Assembly: GCA_051439425.1 (NCBI GenBank)
Contig: JBFRWD010000178.1
Coordinates: 1-64,000, forward strand
Reading direction: 5' to 3'
Length of the DNA: 64,000 nucleotides
Source of the DNA: Synechococcus sp.
GTDB lineage: Bacteria; Cyanobacteriota; Cyanobacteriia; Thermostichales; PCC-7336
Each line of letters starts with the position of its first letter. The first letter of the stretch is position 1. This document shows, one piece after another, positions 40,463 through 52,139 of this stretch. The notes beneath the pieces are model-generated. The model had not been told where the DNA came from and did not search any database. It saw only the letters and a list, made by a program, of their open reading frames with translations. Both the position numbers and the translations under genes were made by a program.

Positions 40463-41335
40463 ATGGTTTCAGCACTCCTTCAATCACTTCGAGGTTGCCG
40501 CACAGTACTGCGAGGAAAGCGATGCCGCTGGCGGGGATTCGTGCTGACCATGGCTTGCTGCTTTGTCTTGAGTTTGTGGGATAGCTCTGCTGCCCTTGCT
40601 CAACGGCAGCTACCTGTTGTGGAGATGGACTTCCCCGAGCCAATGGTGACGGTACTGGATTTGGCCAAGCAGTTATCTGATAACCAGGAAGCGCAACTGG
40701 ATACCCAACTCAAGGCCCTTGAAAAAGACACAGGCTGGAAATTGCGTGTGCTGACTCAATTCGATCGCTCGCCGGGTCGCCAGGTGAAAGAATACTGGGA
40801 ATTGGACGATCGCAGCGTGTTGATGGTGGCCGATCCCCGTGGAGGAAATCTACTTGCATTTAATGTAGGCGATCGCGTTCGGGAGATCTTGCCTCGAACT
40901 TTTTGGATTGAGTTGCAGTCTCGCTATGGAAATCAGTTCTTCGTACGGGATAACGGCAAAGCGCAATCGATTCTCAGTACCATCAATTCGCTGGATGGCT
41001 GCTTCCGCCAGGGAGGCTGCCGCGTCGTACCAGGCCTTCCTAACGAGCAGTGGGTGTTAACTCTGGCGACCTCGATCGCAGGAGGCATTGTGTGTGGATT
41101 TGCAGGTAAGCCTCGCAATTCAGATGAAATCTTCAACTGGCAATGGGCTCTATTGTTTTCACCCCTGTGGTTAGTCCTGTTTGGCGGATTTGGGATCGGC
41201 CCCGTACTTCGACGCACTACAGATTGGCTCCCGATCACCCGTAACGTATTGGGATTTCTGGCCGGGTTGCTAACTATCTACGTTCTTCCGTTCACTCCTA
41301 GCATAGGAGATGGCTCCGAATCTACAGACTCATAG
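40463..41335 (+). CDS. TPM-domain thylakoid-type membrane protein
   Basis: TGWKLRVLTQFDRSPG, LPRTFWIELQSRYGNQFFVR, GC.VVPGLP.EQW, C-terminal TMs. Start uncertain. Confidence 0.8.
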   Translation: MVSALLQSLRGCRTVLRGKRCRWRGFVLTMACCFVLSLWDSSAALAQRQLPVVEMDFPEPMVTVLDLAKQLSDNQEAQLDTQLKALEKDTGWKLRVLTQFDRSPGRQVKEYWELDDRSVLMVADPRGGNLLAFNVGDRVREILPRTFWIELQSRYGNQFFVRDNGKAQSILSTINSLDGCFRQGGCRVVPGLPNEQWVLTLATSIAGGIVCGFAGKPRNSDEIFNWQWALLFSPLWLVLFGGFGIGPVLRRTTDWLPITRNVLGFLAGLLTIYVLPFTPSIGDGSESTDS

Positions 41336-41513
41336 ACATTCGCTGTCTTCGCCAGCTTGCAACCACCGGCCTCGCACACCTGCTCAAATAGCTCGTAAGG
41401 GGATCGCCAATTTTCCTCAAAAGCAAGCTAACTTTTGCAATAAATCACCCCTCAGCCAGCATAAAGAGAATCTAAAAATCCACATCTGACAATTGATATA
41501 GATAGCCTTTAGA

Positions 41514-41550
41514 TTCCCTCAAGCGACCGTAGGGTAGGCACTTGAGGGAA
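41514..41550. terminator. Intergenic stem-loop
   Basis: TTCCCTCAAG...CTTGAGGGAA perfect 10-bp stem followed by GTGTTTT. Confidence 0.45.
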
Positions 41551-42198
41551 GTGTTTTAGCTTGCCGATCGGTCGTTAATGCTGAAGGCCCTTTCCCCGCG
41601 ATTTTTGTAAATCAAAATGTGCTAACACGTAGTTGGTGCAGTCATTTATTTGTTTGGGAGAAACAGTGGTTAATTGAGGCTGTATGGCCAACGATTCGTT
41701 CGCGAGTTAGCAGGAAACATAGGCGGCCAGATTAGGCCGATAGCTTGGTCTCCTGCATACCTTTCATTAAGCTTGTCAGCGTTACCCACGGTGCAGGTTG
41801 ATTTGCTCGATATTTCTGTCTATCGGTACAACATGTACGCTTTACTCCAACATCTGAGGAGAGGGTCATATTTACCTCCTTGGATGGTCTTCTGTTCCGA
41901 TGCCGTCTGCCATGCTCTGCGATGGAGCCTTGCATCGGCGACCGTCAACCACAATAGGGTCGCTGATTTGCCCGCGCAGAATGACGTTCAACTGACGACA
42001 TTGACTTCATTTGAAACATTGATTGAAGTTGATGTCTTGAAGCCACTCTCCACTGACTCGGCGATTACTTGTTTTTGATGGTGGGTTGCACTCCGTACAG
42101 GTTTTGTCCGATAACGGTTTGCGGATGATGGCGGCAAGAACGAATGTCCCTGACTTTAGATTTCTGTTCCACTTAATGATGAGGAACCTCGACTAGCC

Positions 42199-44727
42199 AT
42201 GAATATCCCTGAAGGTTTTGTTTGTCCCGATGTCCGTGTTGAAGAGGATCGCACCGGGCTGAGCGTTGAGACGCTGAAACGGGCATTTGTTAATAACTTG
42301 TTCTACGTGCAGGGAAAGTTTCCCGCACTGGCCACCAAAAATGATTACTACATGGCGATCGCCCATACGGTGCGAGATCGAATGTTGCAGCGCTGGAATA
42401 GCACTGCAGAAGCTTATACCCAGACGGGAGCCCGGACCGTTTGCTACTTCTCGGCCGAGTTCCTGATGGGGCCTCACCTGATCAATAACCTGATTAACTT
42501 GGGCATTTACGACAATGCCAAGCAAGCTTTGAGCGAGCTAGGACTCAACTTGGACGATTTGAGCGAGCTGGAGGAAGAGCCCGGATTAGGCAATGGCGGC
42601 TTGGGACGTCTGGCAGCGTGCTACCTCGATTCTCTGGCGACGTTGGAGCTACCCACGCTGGGATACGGTATTCGCTACGAATTCGGCATCTTCGACCAAG
42701 AAATTCACGATGGTTGGCAGGTTGAAGTGACCGACAAGTGGCTGCGAAATGGCAACCCTTGGGAGCTACCACGACCGGAATGGGCAGTTGAGGTCAAGTT
42801 TGGCGGCCATACCGAATCGTATGTGGACGATCGCGAGCGATACCGGGTCCGTTGGGTACCCGAAAAGGTGGTCAAAGGGGTGCCCTACGACACTCCGATT
42901 TTGGGATACAAAGTCAACACTGCGAATACGTTGCGCTTGTGGAAAGCCGAGGCCACTGACTCGTTTGACTTCAGTGCCTTCAATCGCGGTGACTACTACG
43001 GAGCCGTAACCCGCAAGATCGTCTCCGAAAACATCACGAAGGTGTTGTATCCCAACGACGAGCAGATTCAAGGGAAGCAACTGCGATTGGAGCAGCAATT
43101 CTTCTTTGTCTCCTGTTCGCTACAAGACATGTTCCGCATTATGGAACAACAAAATATCCCGCTGGAGAAATTCCACGAGAAGTTCTCCGTCCAGCTAAAC
43201 GATACTCATCCCGCAATCTCGGTCGCAGAGTTAATGCGATTGCTAGTTGATGAGAAGGGCATGCCCTGGGAGCGTGCGTGGGAAATCACCCACAAGACAT
43301 TCGCATATACCAATCACACTCTGTTGCCCGAAGCGCTAGAAAAATGGCCGCTGAGTCTGTTTGGCAAGATGCTACCCCGCCATCTGGAAATTATTTACGA
43401 GATCAACCAGCGATTCCTGGAGCGGGTGCGTATCAAGTTCATCAACGACGACAAACGTTTGGCCCGTCTGTCACTGATCGATGAGACCGGGGAGCGTTCT
43501 ATTCGAATGGCAAACTTAGCCTGTGTGGGCAGTCACACCATCAATGGTGTAGCCGAGTTGCACAGTCAATTGCTAAAGCAGGATGTATTGAAGGACTTTT
43601 ACGAGCTGTGGCCGGAGAAGTTCACCAATGTCACCAATGGAGTGACCCCACGCCGTTGGATAGTGGTTAGCAACCCAACTCTGAGCGATCTGATCGATAG
43701 CAAAATTGGTGATGGTTGGACGGTTCAGCTAGAACAACTGAAGCAATTGGAAGCGTTTGCTGATGATGCTGGCTTCAAAGATGAATGGATGAAGGTTAAG
43801 CAGGCGAATAAGAGCTCACTTGCCGATCGCATCTATCGTCAGGCGGGGATCGCCGTCGATCCCAGTTCCATCTTCGACGTTCATGTGAAACGCTTCCACG
43901 AATACAAGCGCCAACACCTCAATATCCTGCATGTGATCTCTCTGTACTTGCAGCTCAAGAACAATCCCAATCTGGATATCCCGCCACGGACATTCATTTT
44001 TGCTGGAAAGGCGGCGCCAGGATATTTCATGGCCAAGCTAATTATTAAACTGATCACGTCAGTCGCCGATGTCGTCAATAGCGATCCAGATGTCAGCGAT
44101 CGTCTCAAGATCATTTTTCTGCCTGACTACAACGTCACCAATAGCCAACGAATTTATCCTGCGGCCGATCTTTCGGAACAAATTTCAACGGCAGGGAAAG
44201 AGGCCTCCGGTACCGGCAACATGAAATTTGCCCTGAACGGAGCTCTCACCATCGGGACCCTTGATGGTGCCAATATCGAAATTCGGATGGAAGTCGGTGC
44301 GGAGAATTTCTTCTTATTCGGGCTGACAACGCCGCAAGTCAAAGCGCTTAAGGCAGCTGGCTACAATCCTTGGGACTACTACAGCACCAACAGCCGCCTG
44401 CAAGAAGCGATTGATTTGGTAGCCTCCGGCTTCTTCTCCCACGGCAATGCCGAACTGTTCCGTCCGCTGATCGCCTCGCTATTGAACGACGATCCCTATC
44501 TGGTACTGGCAGATTTCCAGTCTTATGCGGATTGTCAAACACTGGTTGGAGAGGCATACCGAGATCGCGACAAGTGGACGCGCATGTCGATTTTGAATAG
44601 TGCTCGCATGGGTAAGTTCTCCAGCGATCGCTCCGTGCGCGACTATTGCCAACACATTTGGAAGGTGGATCCGGTGGCGATCGACTTGGAAGAATTCAAT
44701 ACGGCATTCGGGGTGACGTTCTCATGA
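42199..44727 (+). CDS. glgP: Glycogen phosphorylase
   Basis: LGNGGLGRLAAC, QLNDTHP, KRFHEYKRQ, EASGTGNMKF (PLP lysine). Confidence 0.98.
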   Translation: MNIPEGFVCPDVRVEEDRTGLSVETLKRAFVNNLFYVQGKFPALATKNDYYMAIAHTVRDRMLQRWNSTAEAYTQTGARTVCYFSAEFLMGPHLINNLINLGIYDNAKQALSELGLNLDDLSELEEEPGLGNGGLGRLAACYLDSLATLELPTLGYGIRYEFGIFDQEIHDGWQVEVTDKWLRNGNPWELPRPEWAVEVKFGGHTESYVDDRERYRVRWVPEKVVKGVPYDTPILGYKVNTANTLRLWKAEATDSFDFSAFNRGDYYGAVTRKIVSENITKVLYPNDEQIQGKQLRLEQQFFFVSCSLQDMFRIMEQQNIPLEKFHEKFSVQLNDTHPAISVAELMRLLVDEKGMPWERAWEITHKTFAYTNHTLLPEALEKWPLSLFGKMLPRHLEIIYEINQRFLERVRIKFINDDKRLARLSLIDETGERSIRMANLACVGSHTINGVAELHSQLLKQDVLKDFYELWPEKFTNVTNGVTPRRWIVVSNPTLSDLIDSKIGDGWTVQLEQLKQLEAFADDAGFKDEWMKVKQANKSSLADRIYRQAGIAVDPSSIFDVHVKRFHEYKRQHLNILHVISLYLQLKNNPNLDIPPRTFIFAGKAAPGYFMAKLIIKLITSVADVVNSDPDVSDRLKIIFLPDYNVTNSQRIYPAADLSEQISTAGKEASGTGNMKFALNGALTIGTLDGANIEIRMEVGAENFFLFGLTTPQVKALKAAGYNPWDYYSTNSRLQEAIDLVASGFFSHGNAELFRPLIASLLNDDPYLVLADFQSYADCQTLVGEAYRDRDKWTRMSILNSARMGKFSSDRSVRDYCQHIWKVDPVAIDLEEFNTAFGVTFS

Positions 44728-44783
44728 TGTCTTGAGTCCCGATTCAATTGTTTCGGTATTGTTTCGGTTTCGATAATTCCAGT

Positions 44784-44818
44784 AGCGGACTTCCTGTGGA
44801 GTCCGCTTTGGTTATTTT
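44784..44818 (+). terminator. Terminator of glgP
   Basis: AGCGGACTTC-ctgt-GGAGTCCGCT followed by TTGGTTATTTT. Confidence 0.7.
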
Positions 44819-44841
44819 GCGACTTCCCTTCAAAGCTTTTT

Positions 44842-44943
44842 CAACGATCGACAATCCGCGATGGAGGCTTCCCTGACTACTTTTCCTTGAAAACCAAGAT
44901 TTTCCCAGTCTCAACCCTCTAGACCTTACAGCTGATTGCCATA
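44842..44943 (+). repeat. MITE-like family B copy
   Basis: CGACAATCCGCGATGGAG ... GTCTCAACCCTCTAGACCTTACAGCTGATTGCCATA; right end aligns with 36138-36173. Confidence 0.7.
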
Positions 44944-45111
44944 CAGCGACTTTGGCGCATCACGAAAAACACCACTGACTCTGGCACCCCTTCTCAGGCT
45001 TTCTGTCGGTATTGTGAAATCACATCGTCATCGTGCGCCCCCAATCAGTCCTGGATGGCATTGCCTCCATTACCCTGCTCTTTTTTCCTGCAGCAACTCC
45101 CCATCCCAACG

Positions 45112-48100
45112 ATGCCTACCGATGCTACCTATACCTATCAAGTGGGAGGCAGTTTACCTGCCGATTCGCCCACCTACGTGCAGCGTCGTTCGGACGAAGA
45201 TCTGTACCGCCGCCTCAAAGCTGGAGAGTTCTGCTACGTCTTGAATTCTCGGCAGATGGGTAAATCCAGCTTGCGGGTGCGAACCATGCAGCGCTTGCAA
45301 GAGGATGGGGTGGCCTGTGCGGCACTTGAGCTGACTCAAATTGGCAGCCAACGCATCACTCCAGAGGTGTGGTATGCCGGATTTATTCGCAATCTCGTGT
45401 TTAGTTTTGGGCTGAGCGATCGGTTTAATTTACGCCGGTGGTGGCGGGAGTTAGATTGGCTCTCTCCGGTTCAACGGTTCAGCGAATTTCTCGAAACCGT
45501 CCTATTGCAAGAACTGTCAGGGAATATTGCCATCTTTGTAGATGAAATCGATAGTCTACTGCGACTGGATTTCAAAGACGATTTTTTTGCAGTCATTCGT
45601 TCCTGCTTTAACCGGCGTGCCAGCGTCCCTGACTTTCGACGTCTGACATTCGTAATGTTTGGCGTCGCAACTCCCTCCAGCTTGATTCAAGACAAAACTC
45701 GGACTCCATTCAATATCGGATACGCGATCGAGCTGACTGGGTTTCAACCTTACGAAACTCAACCACTGGCAGACGGTCTAGCAAGCAAAACAGTGCATGC
45801 CGATACCGTCCTTCAACTCGTTCTGGATTGGTCGGGGGGGCAGCCCTTTTTGACTCAAAAAATTTGCCAAGCGATTTCCCGTTTGCCCACATCGCTGCCA
45901 GAAGAACCATCGGCGATTGCCCTCTGGGTCGAAACGTTTGTGCGGGACTGCATCATTACTAACTGGGAAACCCGTGATGAGCCCGAACATTTGCGAACTA
46001 TTCGCAATCGGCTGCTGCAAAACGAAAGTCGGGTGGGACGATTGTTGGGTATCTATCGCCGCATCCTAGAGTATGGCAATGTCAGGGTGGATGGTAGCGC
46101 GGAACAGGTAGAATTACAGCTTTCCGGTTTGGTGGTCAAACGACTGGGTCGCTTGGTGGTGCGCAATCGCATTTACCAAAAAGTCTTTAATTTGGACTGG
46201 GTGGACGATGTATTGGCCAACAGCCGCCCCGAATTTTATGCCAAAGCCCTAGAAGCATGGGCGGATGCCCGTAACCAAGCCCTCTCAGAACTGAATCGAG
46301 AGGGACAGACTGTAACTCCTCCTGCGCCTGTTCCCCCCTTGCAACCGACCCATCGCTTGCTCAGTTTGAAGTGGTTGCTACCCTCGCAGTTTTTCAGTCC
46401 GCGATCGCACCAACAACCATCGTTGCCACTGCTGATGGGGAAGGATTTGCAGGCTGCCCAGCAGTGGGCTGCCGGCCAGCAACTGAGCGATGCCGATTAT
46501 CAGTTTCTGGCTGCCTGCCAAAAAGCGGATGCCAATCGCATTTTGGCCGAGGCACAACGGCAGGCTCGACGCAATTCGTATGTGGGGCTGGCAGTGTTGG
46601 CCGGCACCATGGTGATGGCGGGATATCTCAGCAACTGGGCGAGTTCCAATATCCGTAAGGAGCAGCAAATTACGGCGATCGAGCGAGATAGCCGCCAGGC
46701 GCTGGAGCAATACGAGTTCAAACAACTGGAGTCGTTAGTTCTGGCGGTAAAAGCCGGACGAGCGGTCGAGGACTTAGCGAACAATCGCCTTGCCAATCCC
46801 TATCCCACCTTGGCCCCATTACTGGCACTGCAACAAATCATGGGGGCGATCAACGAACAAAATCGAATTGGTGGTGGCTCTCAAGGGGTCGTCATGACGG
46901 TGGCCATGTCCCCCCAAGGCGATCGAATTGCCACTGGGGGGCGAGATGGCTCGATTCGGCTGTTGCAGTTAACCGGCGAGCTGCATTTGGAGGCCACTGC
47001 CCACATGGAGGCGGTGGAGGATATTACCTTCAGCCCGGATGGAAATCTCTTTGCTACGGTGTCCCGCGATGGTACAGCAGTGGTGTGGAATCTGGAAGGC
47101 ACTGTGCTGCGTGCGATTCAGCATAGCGAGCCACTAGAGGCGATTAGCTTCAGTCCGGATGGCGAAAGCATTGTGACGGCGTCTAGTGCGGGGAGAATTC
47201 GAGTGTGGTCGTTGCGAGAGGAACTGCTCCTCAGTTTTGTTGCAAACGACGGCCCCATTCAATCAGTGCAGTTTTCTCGGTCGGGAGATGCAATCGTTGC
47301 AACAGTGCTCGATCGCGTTAGCGTTTGGACGCTTGATGGAGTGCTCTTGACCGAATTGATCGGTCATAGCGGTCGAGTCAGCAGCTTGGATATCAGCCCC
47401 GATAACACTCTAATCGTGACGGCATCTGATGACGCAACGGTGCGACTGTGGGATATCCGAGGCATACCGATCGCAGAGTTTAACGGCCACCGGAGCTCGG
47501 TATTGAGCGTTGTCTTTAGCCCCGATGGCGAGACGATCGCCTCGGCTTCTACCGATCGGACTGTGCGCTTGTGGTCCCTCAACGGCAATCCTCTTGCCGT
47601 ATTTCGCGGTCACCAAGACTGGGTCAGGGATGTGGATTTTAGCCCCAGCGGTCAGCTGCTTGTATCGGCGTCTGAAGATCAGACCGTGCGGGTGTGGAAT
47701 CTGCAGCCACAAGGCCCGACCCAAACCATGAACCATTCCAATAGCGTGTTAGGACTGACCTACCTACCGAATGACAGCGGCATTTTGACGGCCTCCAGTG
47801 ATGGGGTGGTGCGATTGTGGGGCACCGATAGCGAAAAGTTAGATGAATGGGCAGGGCATCAAGGACCGATTTGGGATATTGCAGTCAGCAGCAGCGGGGA
47901 GTATTTGGCGACCGCATCCAGCGATCGCACCGCTCGTGTGTGGCACCGTTCTGGACGCCTGTTGGCGGAGCTGGAAGGGCACAATGCCGAAGTCTACGGT
48001 GTGAGTATCGATCCCAACGAAGAATATGTGGCGACAGCATCGCGGGATGGCGTGGTGCGGTTGTGGACGTTGCAAGGCCGAGCGATTCGGGAGTTTTCCG

Positions 48101-48699
48101 GTCACCAGAATGCGGTCTGGGGATTGGCATTTAGTCCGGATAGTCGGACGATCGCCAGTGCGTCAGCAGACCGTAGCGTCAGGTTGTGGGCATTGGACGG
48201 CACACAGCTGGCGGAGATGAGGAACCATCAGGGACGTGTTTGGAAGGTGGCGTTTAGCCCGAATGGCGATCGGTTGGCCTCAGTCTCCGATGACGGAACC
48301 GCTCGCCTGTGGGATCGCTCCGGCAATCAATTGGCTCAGTATGAAGCCCACCTTGGGGCGGTACGAGATGTGCAATTTAGTGGCGATGGCCAACTTCTGG
48401 CGACAGCCTCTGAGGACGGCACCGCGAGGATTTGGACTCTGCAGGGACAGCAGGTGGCAGAGTTCGATCATTTTGATAGCCGGGTTTTTGCCGTTCGGTT
48501 TAGTCCAAACAGCGAGACCTTAGCAACAGCATCGGAAGAGACCCTGCAATTGTGGGAGTTGCGAGAGCTCGATTTGCCCAAATTACTGGACCGTAGTTGC
48601 CAGTGGCTGCAGCTCTATCTGGCCCATCCCACCACTAGTCCGGAAGAAAGGGCCTTGTGTAGTGGCACTTCTCCTCGCAGCGCGCCTTGGCAGAATTAA
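45112..48699 (+). CDS. AAA_35-like P-loop NTPase + TM + WD40 repeat protein
   Basis: [37 protein letters not shown] near residue 500; about 14 GH...FSPDG..ASAS.D..RLW repeats. Confidence 0.92.
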   Translation: MPTDATYTYQVGGSLPADSPTYVQRRSDEDLYRRLKAGEFCYVLNSRQMGKSSLRVRTMQRLQEDGVACAALELTQIGSQRITPEVWYAGFIRNLVFSFGLSDRFNLRRWWRELDWLSPVQRFSEFLETVLLQELSGNIAIFVDEIDSLLRLDFKDDFFAVIRSCFNRRASVPDFRRLTFVMFGVATPSSLIQDKTRTPFNIGYAIELTGFQPYETQPLADGLASKTVHADTVLQLVLDWSGGQPFLTQKICQAISRLPTSLPEEPSAIALWVETFVRDCIITNWETRDEPEHLRTIRNRLLQNESRVGRLLGIYRRILEYGNVRVDGSAEQVELQLSGLVVKRLGRLVVRNRIYQKVFNLDWVDDVLANSRPEFYAKALEAWADARNQALSELNREGQTVTPPAPVPPLQPTHRLLSLKWLLPSQFFSPRSHQQPSLPLLMGKDLQAAQQWAAGQQLSDADYQFLAACQKADANRILAEAQRQARRNSYVGLAVLAGTMVMAGYLSNWASSNIRKEQQITAIERDSRQALEQYEFKQLESLVLAVKAGRAVEDLANNRLANPYPTLAPLLALQQIMGAINEQNRIGGGSQGVVMTVAMSPQGDRIATGGRDGSIRLLQLTGELHLEATAHMEAVEDITFSPDGNLFATVSRDGTAVVWNLEGTVLRAIQHSEPLEAISFSPDGESIVTASSAGRIRVWSLREELLLSFVANDGPIQSVQFSRSGDAIVATVLDRVSVWTLDGVLLTELIGHSGRVSSLDISPDNTLIVTASDDATVRLWDIRGIPIAEFNGHRSSVLSVVFSPDGETIASASTDRTVRLWSLNGNPLAVFRGHQDWVRDVDFSPSGQLLVSASEDQTVRVWNLQPQGPTQTMNHSNSVLGLTYLPNDSGILTASSDGVVRLWGTDSEKLDEWAGHQGPIWDIAVSSSGEYLATASSDRTARVWHRSGRLLAELEGHNAEVYGVSIDPNEEYVATASRDGVVRLWTLQGRAIREFSGHQNAVWGLAFSPDSRTIASASADRSVRLWALDGTQLAEMRNHQGRVWKVAFSPNGDRLASVSDDGTARLWDRSGNQLAQYEAHLGAVRDVQFSGDGQLLATASEDGTARIWTLQGQQVAEFDHFDSRVFAVRFSPNSETLATASEETLQLWELRELDLPKLLDRSCQWLQLYLAHPTTSPEERALCSGTSPRSAPWQN

Positions 48700-48824
48700 C
48701 AATCTGCGCGCGCCCATTTTTCGGCCCCAAAAACTCCCACTCGAAAGCAGGAGTTTTGGAGATATTTGTGATGTTCGCCGCGCGTGACGGCTTACGCCAA
48801 TCACCTCGAAGCAGAGCCGACCGA

Positions 48825-49778
48825 CTAGAACCGAGTCATCTTACGGGGATCTTTGTAGTTGCTCTCGCGTAGCTTTTTCGTAATGCGCTCAAAGTATTCC
48901 AACAGGTACCCCTCTAGCGTTGTTAACTCCTTAGAGTCAACTCCGAGCAGAGTATAGACCTCTTCCATCTCGGCATGCATGGGCTTACCGCTGGCCAATA
49001 CCTCGGAGAAGGCTAGGCGATCGGCGATGTTCCATGTCCACTGGAAGAAGTTTAAGACTCTGCGGGCTCCACGCAACAAGCCCAACGGCATTGTGCTGAT
49101 CTTGGCTCTGTTGCTGGACATACGTTCGCAAAGGGAAATTACCTCGCGAGGTTCCCAGCCGCGACTGCCGGATAATGGCAATACTTTGCGAATAGCCCCT
49201 TCGTGACCAATCGCCTTGACCGCAATTTGAGCTGCATCGATCGTGTCAATGTAGGAAATAGGAGTGGGAGGATCGGTGGTCCAAACCACTTGATCTTCCA
49301 AGATTGGGATAGCGTACTGACCGATCAGTCCCTGCATGAAGCCACAGGGTCTAAAGATGGTGTAGGGCACCAGCGATCGCTTCAGATATTCCTCAACATG
49401 GTGCTTGCAGCTCATCAGCGGCACGTCGGGGAATTCTTCCGAGCGATCAATAGAGAAGAAAATAAACTGCTTCACTTCTGCAGCTCGGGCAGCATTGATT
49501 AGAGCGACTTTGCCGTCCCAATCCACCTGCTTCATACTCAGGCTGCTGGAGGGACGCACGGTGGCACAGTCCACCACCACATCAATACCTTCTAGTGCAA
49601 ATGGCAGCGTCTCGGGACGCACTAGGTTTCCGACTTTGATAGTTGCTCCCCACTCGCACAAGAATGCGCCCTTATCGGGGATGCGAACCATGCAAGTGAC
49701 CGAATGGCCAGCCTCGATTGCCTTGCGAGCAACTTGGCGACCCAGAGTTCCGGTAGCTCCGACTATCAGTACATTCAT
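48825..49778 (-). CDS. ycf39: Ycf39 family NAD(P)-binding protein (PSII assembly)
   Basis: GATGTLGRQVAR, VDWDGKVALI, VPLM..K, GFMQGLIGQYAIPILE, FFQWTWNIADRLAF. Confidence 0.88.
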   Translation of the reverse strand: MNVLIVGATGTLGRQVARKAIEAGHSVTCMVRIPDKGAFLCEWGATIKVGNLVRPETLPFALEGIDVVVDCATVRPSSSLSMKQVDWDGKVALINAARAAEVKQFIFFSIDRSEEFPDVPLMSCKHHVEEYLKRSLVPYTIFRPCGFMQGLIGQYAIPILEDQVVWTTDPPTPISYIDTIDAAQIAVKAIGHEGAIRKVLPLSGSRGWEPREVISLCERMSSNRAKISTMPLGLLRGARRVLNFFQWTWNIADRLAFSEVLASGKPMHAEMEEVYTLLGVDSKELTTLEGYLLEYFERITKKLRESNYKDPRKMTRF

Positions 49779-49898
49779 GAAACTTTGTATTTCTTAATGT
49801 CCCAACAGTCTATCAGAAGTTGAAGGTTGTCACGGGGGGTGGCTCAACTGCCGCGGGTAGGTAAAACCAGCTGTATTGGACTGCCATCTGGCAGGACA

Positions 49899-51023
49899 TT
49901 AAGTCGTTGGCAGCGTTAGAAGTTGCGTCACCATTGCGATGGTGTCTTCATAGAGTTTGTCTTGACCGGCACGCTGTAATTGTTGAGCCAGTAGAGTTTC
50001 AGCAGTTTGCTGCTCGACGGGTGAAACTTGCTGAATGCGGCAACTCTGCGCCCCGCCCTTGACTTCCATGCGCATGCAGCCGGTGGTTTCAGAACACAGG
50101 ACGGTGCAAGCATCGGCATTGGGATCGGTAGAATTCAGTCGCAAGCCCACCAGCTCGCCGGGGGTGGGGGTGACGGTGGGAACCGAGGCTAACTCCACTT
50201 GAATGTCATCTCGGCTATTGGTTTTGAAGATGAGGCGGTCGATCAGGTAGTCGTGCTCTTTGCATTGTTGGCGAGAAACAGGTTGCCAGCCCAAACGACT
50301 GGCGAACCAGCCCAAATACATCCAGGCTTGGCTGGGGTTGTCGGCTTGGTAGTCGATGGTGACACGATCGATCGCCCCGAGCGAACTGCGGCGCTCGGGG
50401 GGGTCAAAGGCTTGGGCAGTCAGTTCTTGCCAGGAGTTAAGCCGCCGCCAGTTCAAATCACCAACATAGTTTCCGCTGTCGGCCAGTTGGCGCATTTCTC
50501 GCAAATCCTCTTCAGGATTTATAAAGGTGCTGGAATCAACAATGATGCGGTGGCTGGCGCTGACGAGCAGTTGGAAGAGACGACTTTGAAGGTCGAGATC
50601 TCCTTGCCACCATAGATAAGTTGGCAGATCGGCAATCAGCAGCGACGAGATGGTGCTGCAGGTGCGTTCGAAAGCGGTGGGGGAGGCTTGTAGGGTGATG
50701 TATTCACAACACACCAGAGCTCCTTTGTCTTGGCGAATTGGGCAGTAAGCGGCCACTTGAGCTTGCAGGACGTCTCCCTGACCTTCAGGGAGTGACTGGA
50801 GATTGATGACGCGGCAGGGATTTTGGGAGGCGATCGCCTCAACGGTGGAGGGCAATGCTAGGTTCACCCGTTCGGGGGACTCGTAAACGATCAGGTTGAA
50901 GGTGGCTGCGCGAGCGGCAACGCTATCCCCTTTTGCGGTCCAGATGTTGTTGAGTTCGGCTTGGATTTCTTCGACAGATACGTCTTTGGGGGCCTGAAGG
51001 GGGAGGACGGCAGCGGTGTCCAT
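49899..51023 (-). CDS. opcA: Glucose-6-phosphate dehydrogenase activator OpcA
   Basis: LQAPKDVS..I..EL..IW, RAATF, IASQNPCRVI, AYCPI, CCEYITL, DLNWRRL..WQELTAQAFDPPERR. Confidence 0.92.
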   Translation of the reverse strand: MDTAAVLPLQAPKDVSVEEIQAELNNIWTAKGDSVAARAATFNLIVYESPERVNLALPSTVEAIASQNPCRVINLQSLPEGQGDVLQAQVAAYCPIRQDKGALVCCEYITLQASPTAFERTCSTISSLLIADLPTYLWWQGDLDLQSRLFQLLVSASHRIIVDSSTFINPEEDLREMRQLADSGNYVGDLNWRRLNSWQELTAQAFDPPERRSSLGAIDRVTIDYQADNPSQAWMYLGWFASRLGWQPVSRQQCKEHDYLIDRLIFKTNSRDDIQVELASVPTVTPTPGELVGLRLNSTDPNADACTVLCSETTGCMRMEVKGGAQSCRIQQVSPVEQQTAETLLAQQLQRAGQDKLYEDTIAMVTQLLTLPTT

Positions 51024-51469
51024 GAATCGATCCTGCGGATAGGGTCTCTTTGATTTTAATGAACCTATCTAAGACTGGTATGAGATTTAAGCTTCCTTCT
51101 CGATATGTGAGGAATAGGTAACAGGCTGTGCAGGACTTACGAAGGCAAGATGGTATTCCTCAATACACAATCTTCATTTGCTCTAGCAGAACAGCACTAA
51201 TGCTTTCTGACTTTTTGACCAGGATATCGTGAAATCATCTGGGACCTCAAGTATACATATAAGAAATTTTCAGCCAGTACTTGCTTATGCTCTCTTTGCA
51301 ATATTTACAAAGATTTTCTCTGACAATAGTAAGTTTTCCAAAACACCCCAAATCGTATAGAAGCATTACTCAAATAGATCGCAGAAATTAGCATTTCTAG
51401 ACTTAGGTCTATTTCTTCTGCACAAAAGACAAACAGGGACTATCTTAATCAATCTCAATCGTCTGAATA

Positions 51470-51890
51470 TGCGATCGCAGCATTGATCAATTAGCGTATT
51501 TCACATGCTTCTGGAACCGTCTTTTTCAAGGGATTGGGAGGAATGGAGACGTTACCCATCAGTATACCTGCTGCACTTGTGGCATCTTACGCTTTAGGTG
51601 CAAATACGGTTGCTGCTACAGCATATATTTGAGGGTACAATAATAATTGTGGCCAAGTAAGAACAATGATGTTTCTATGTTTGTTTGGCGAAGCAATTTT
51701 GAGAGCCTCAGGAATAATAACTGGTACAAAACTAGCTAAGAGCCTGATCCAGCAGATTTCAGAGAAAAAACTGATAGAAGTCCATAAGAGAATTGGATTT
51801 AGATTGGTTACAAAGGCTGCTGAAAAAGGTGCCATAAACCTGATGAAAATGGTTTCTCTTGCTGGGAGATGTTGGGGGCGAATTTGATAG
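51470..51890 (+). pseudogene. EcsC-family protein pseudogene
   Basis: One frame reads ALIN*R..GLGGMETLPISIPA..AYI*GY..QVRTMMFLCL..IGFRLVTKAAEKGAINLMKMV, with internal stops (e.g. TGA 51630-51632), in an AT-rich segment. Confidence 0.65.
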
Positions 51891-52139
51891 CTTGTTCGTC
51901 AGGACACGTGGAAGAACAGCAAAGAAGATATTTAATGCGGAAGGGGATATCGAAACTAGAGAACCGGCAGCCTAAGTTGAGGGGCTGTCGATCTTGGAAT
52001 GACATCGCTTGGAGTTTGTATGCAGCGGGCACTACTGTCATTTGTGGCGTCGATCCACTATAAAGGGGACATAAAAAGTAGCGATGAGTACATAATCCCC
52101 GACTAAGATCTGGGCATCTGCCGCGACCCGGAGAGCCCC

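Noticed and set aside
41674..42078. 134 aa ORF upstream of glgP
   Set aside because: TTG start, no RBS or motifs; probably non-coding leader/promoter DNA.
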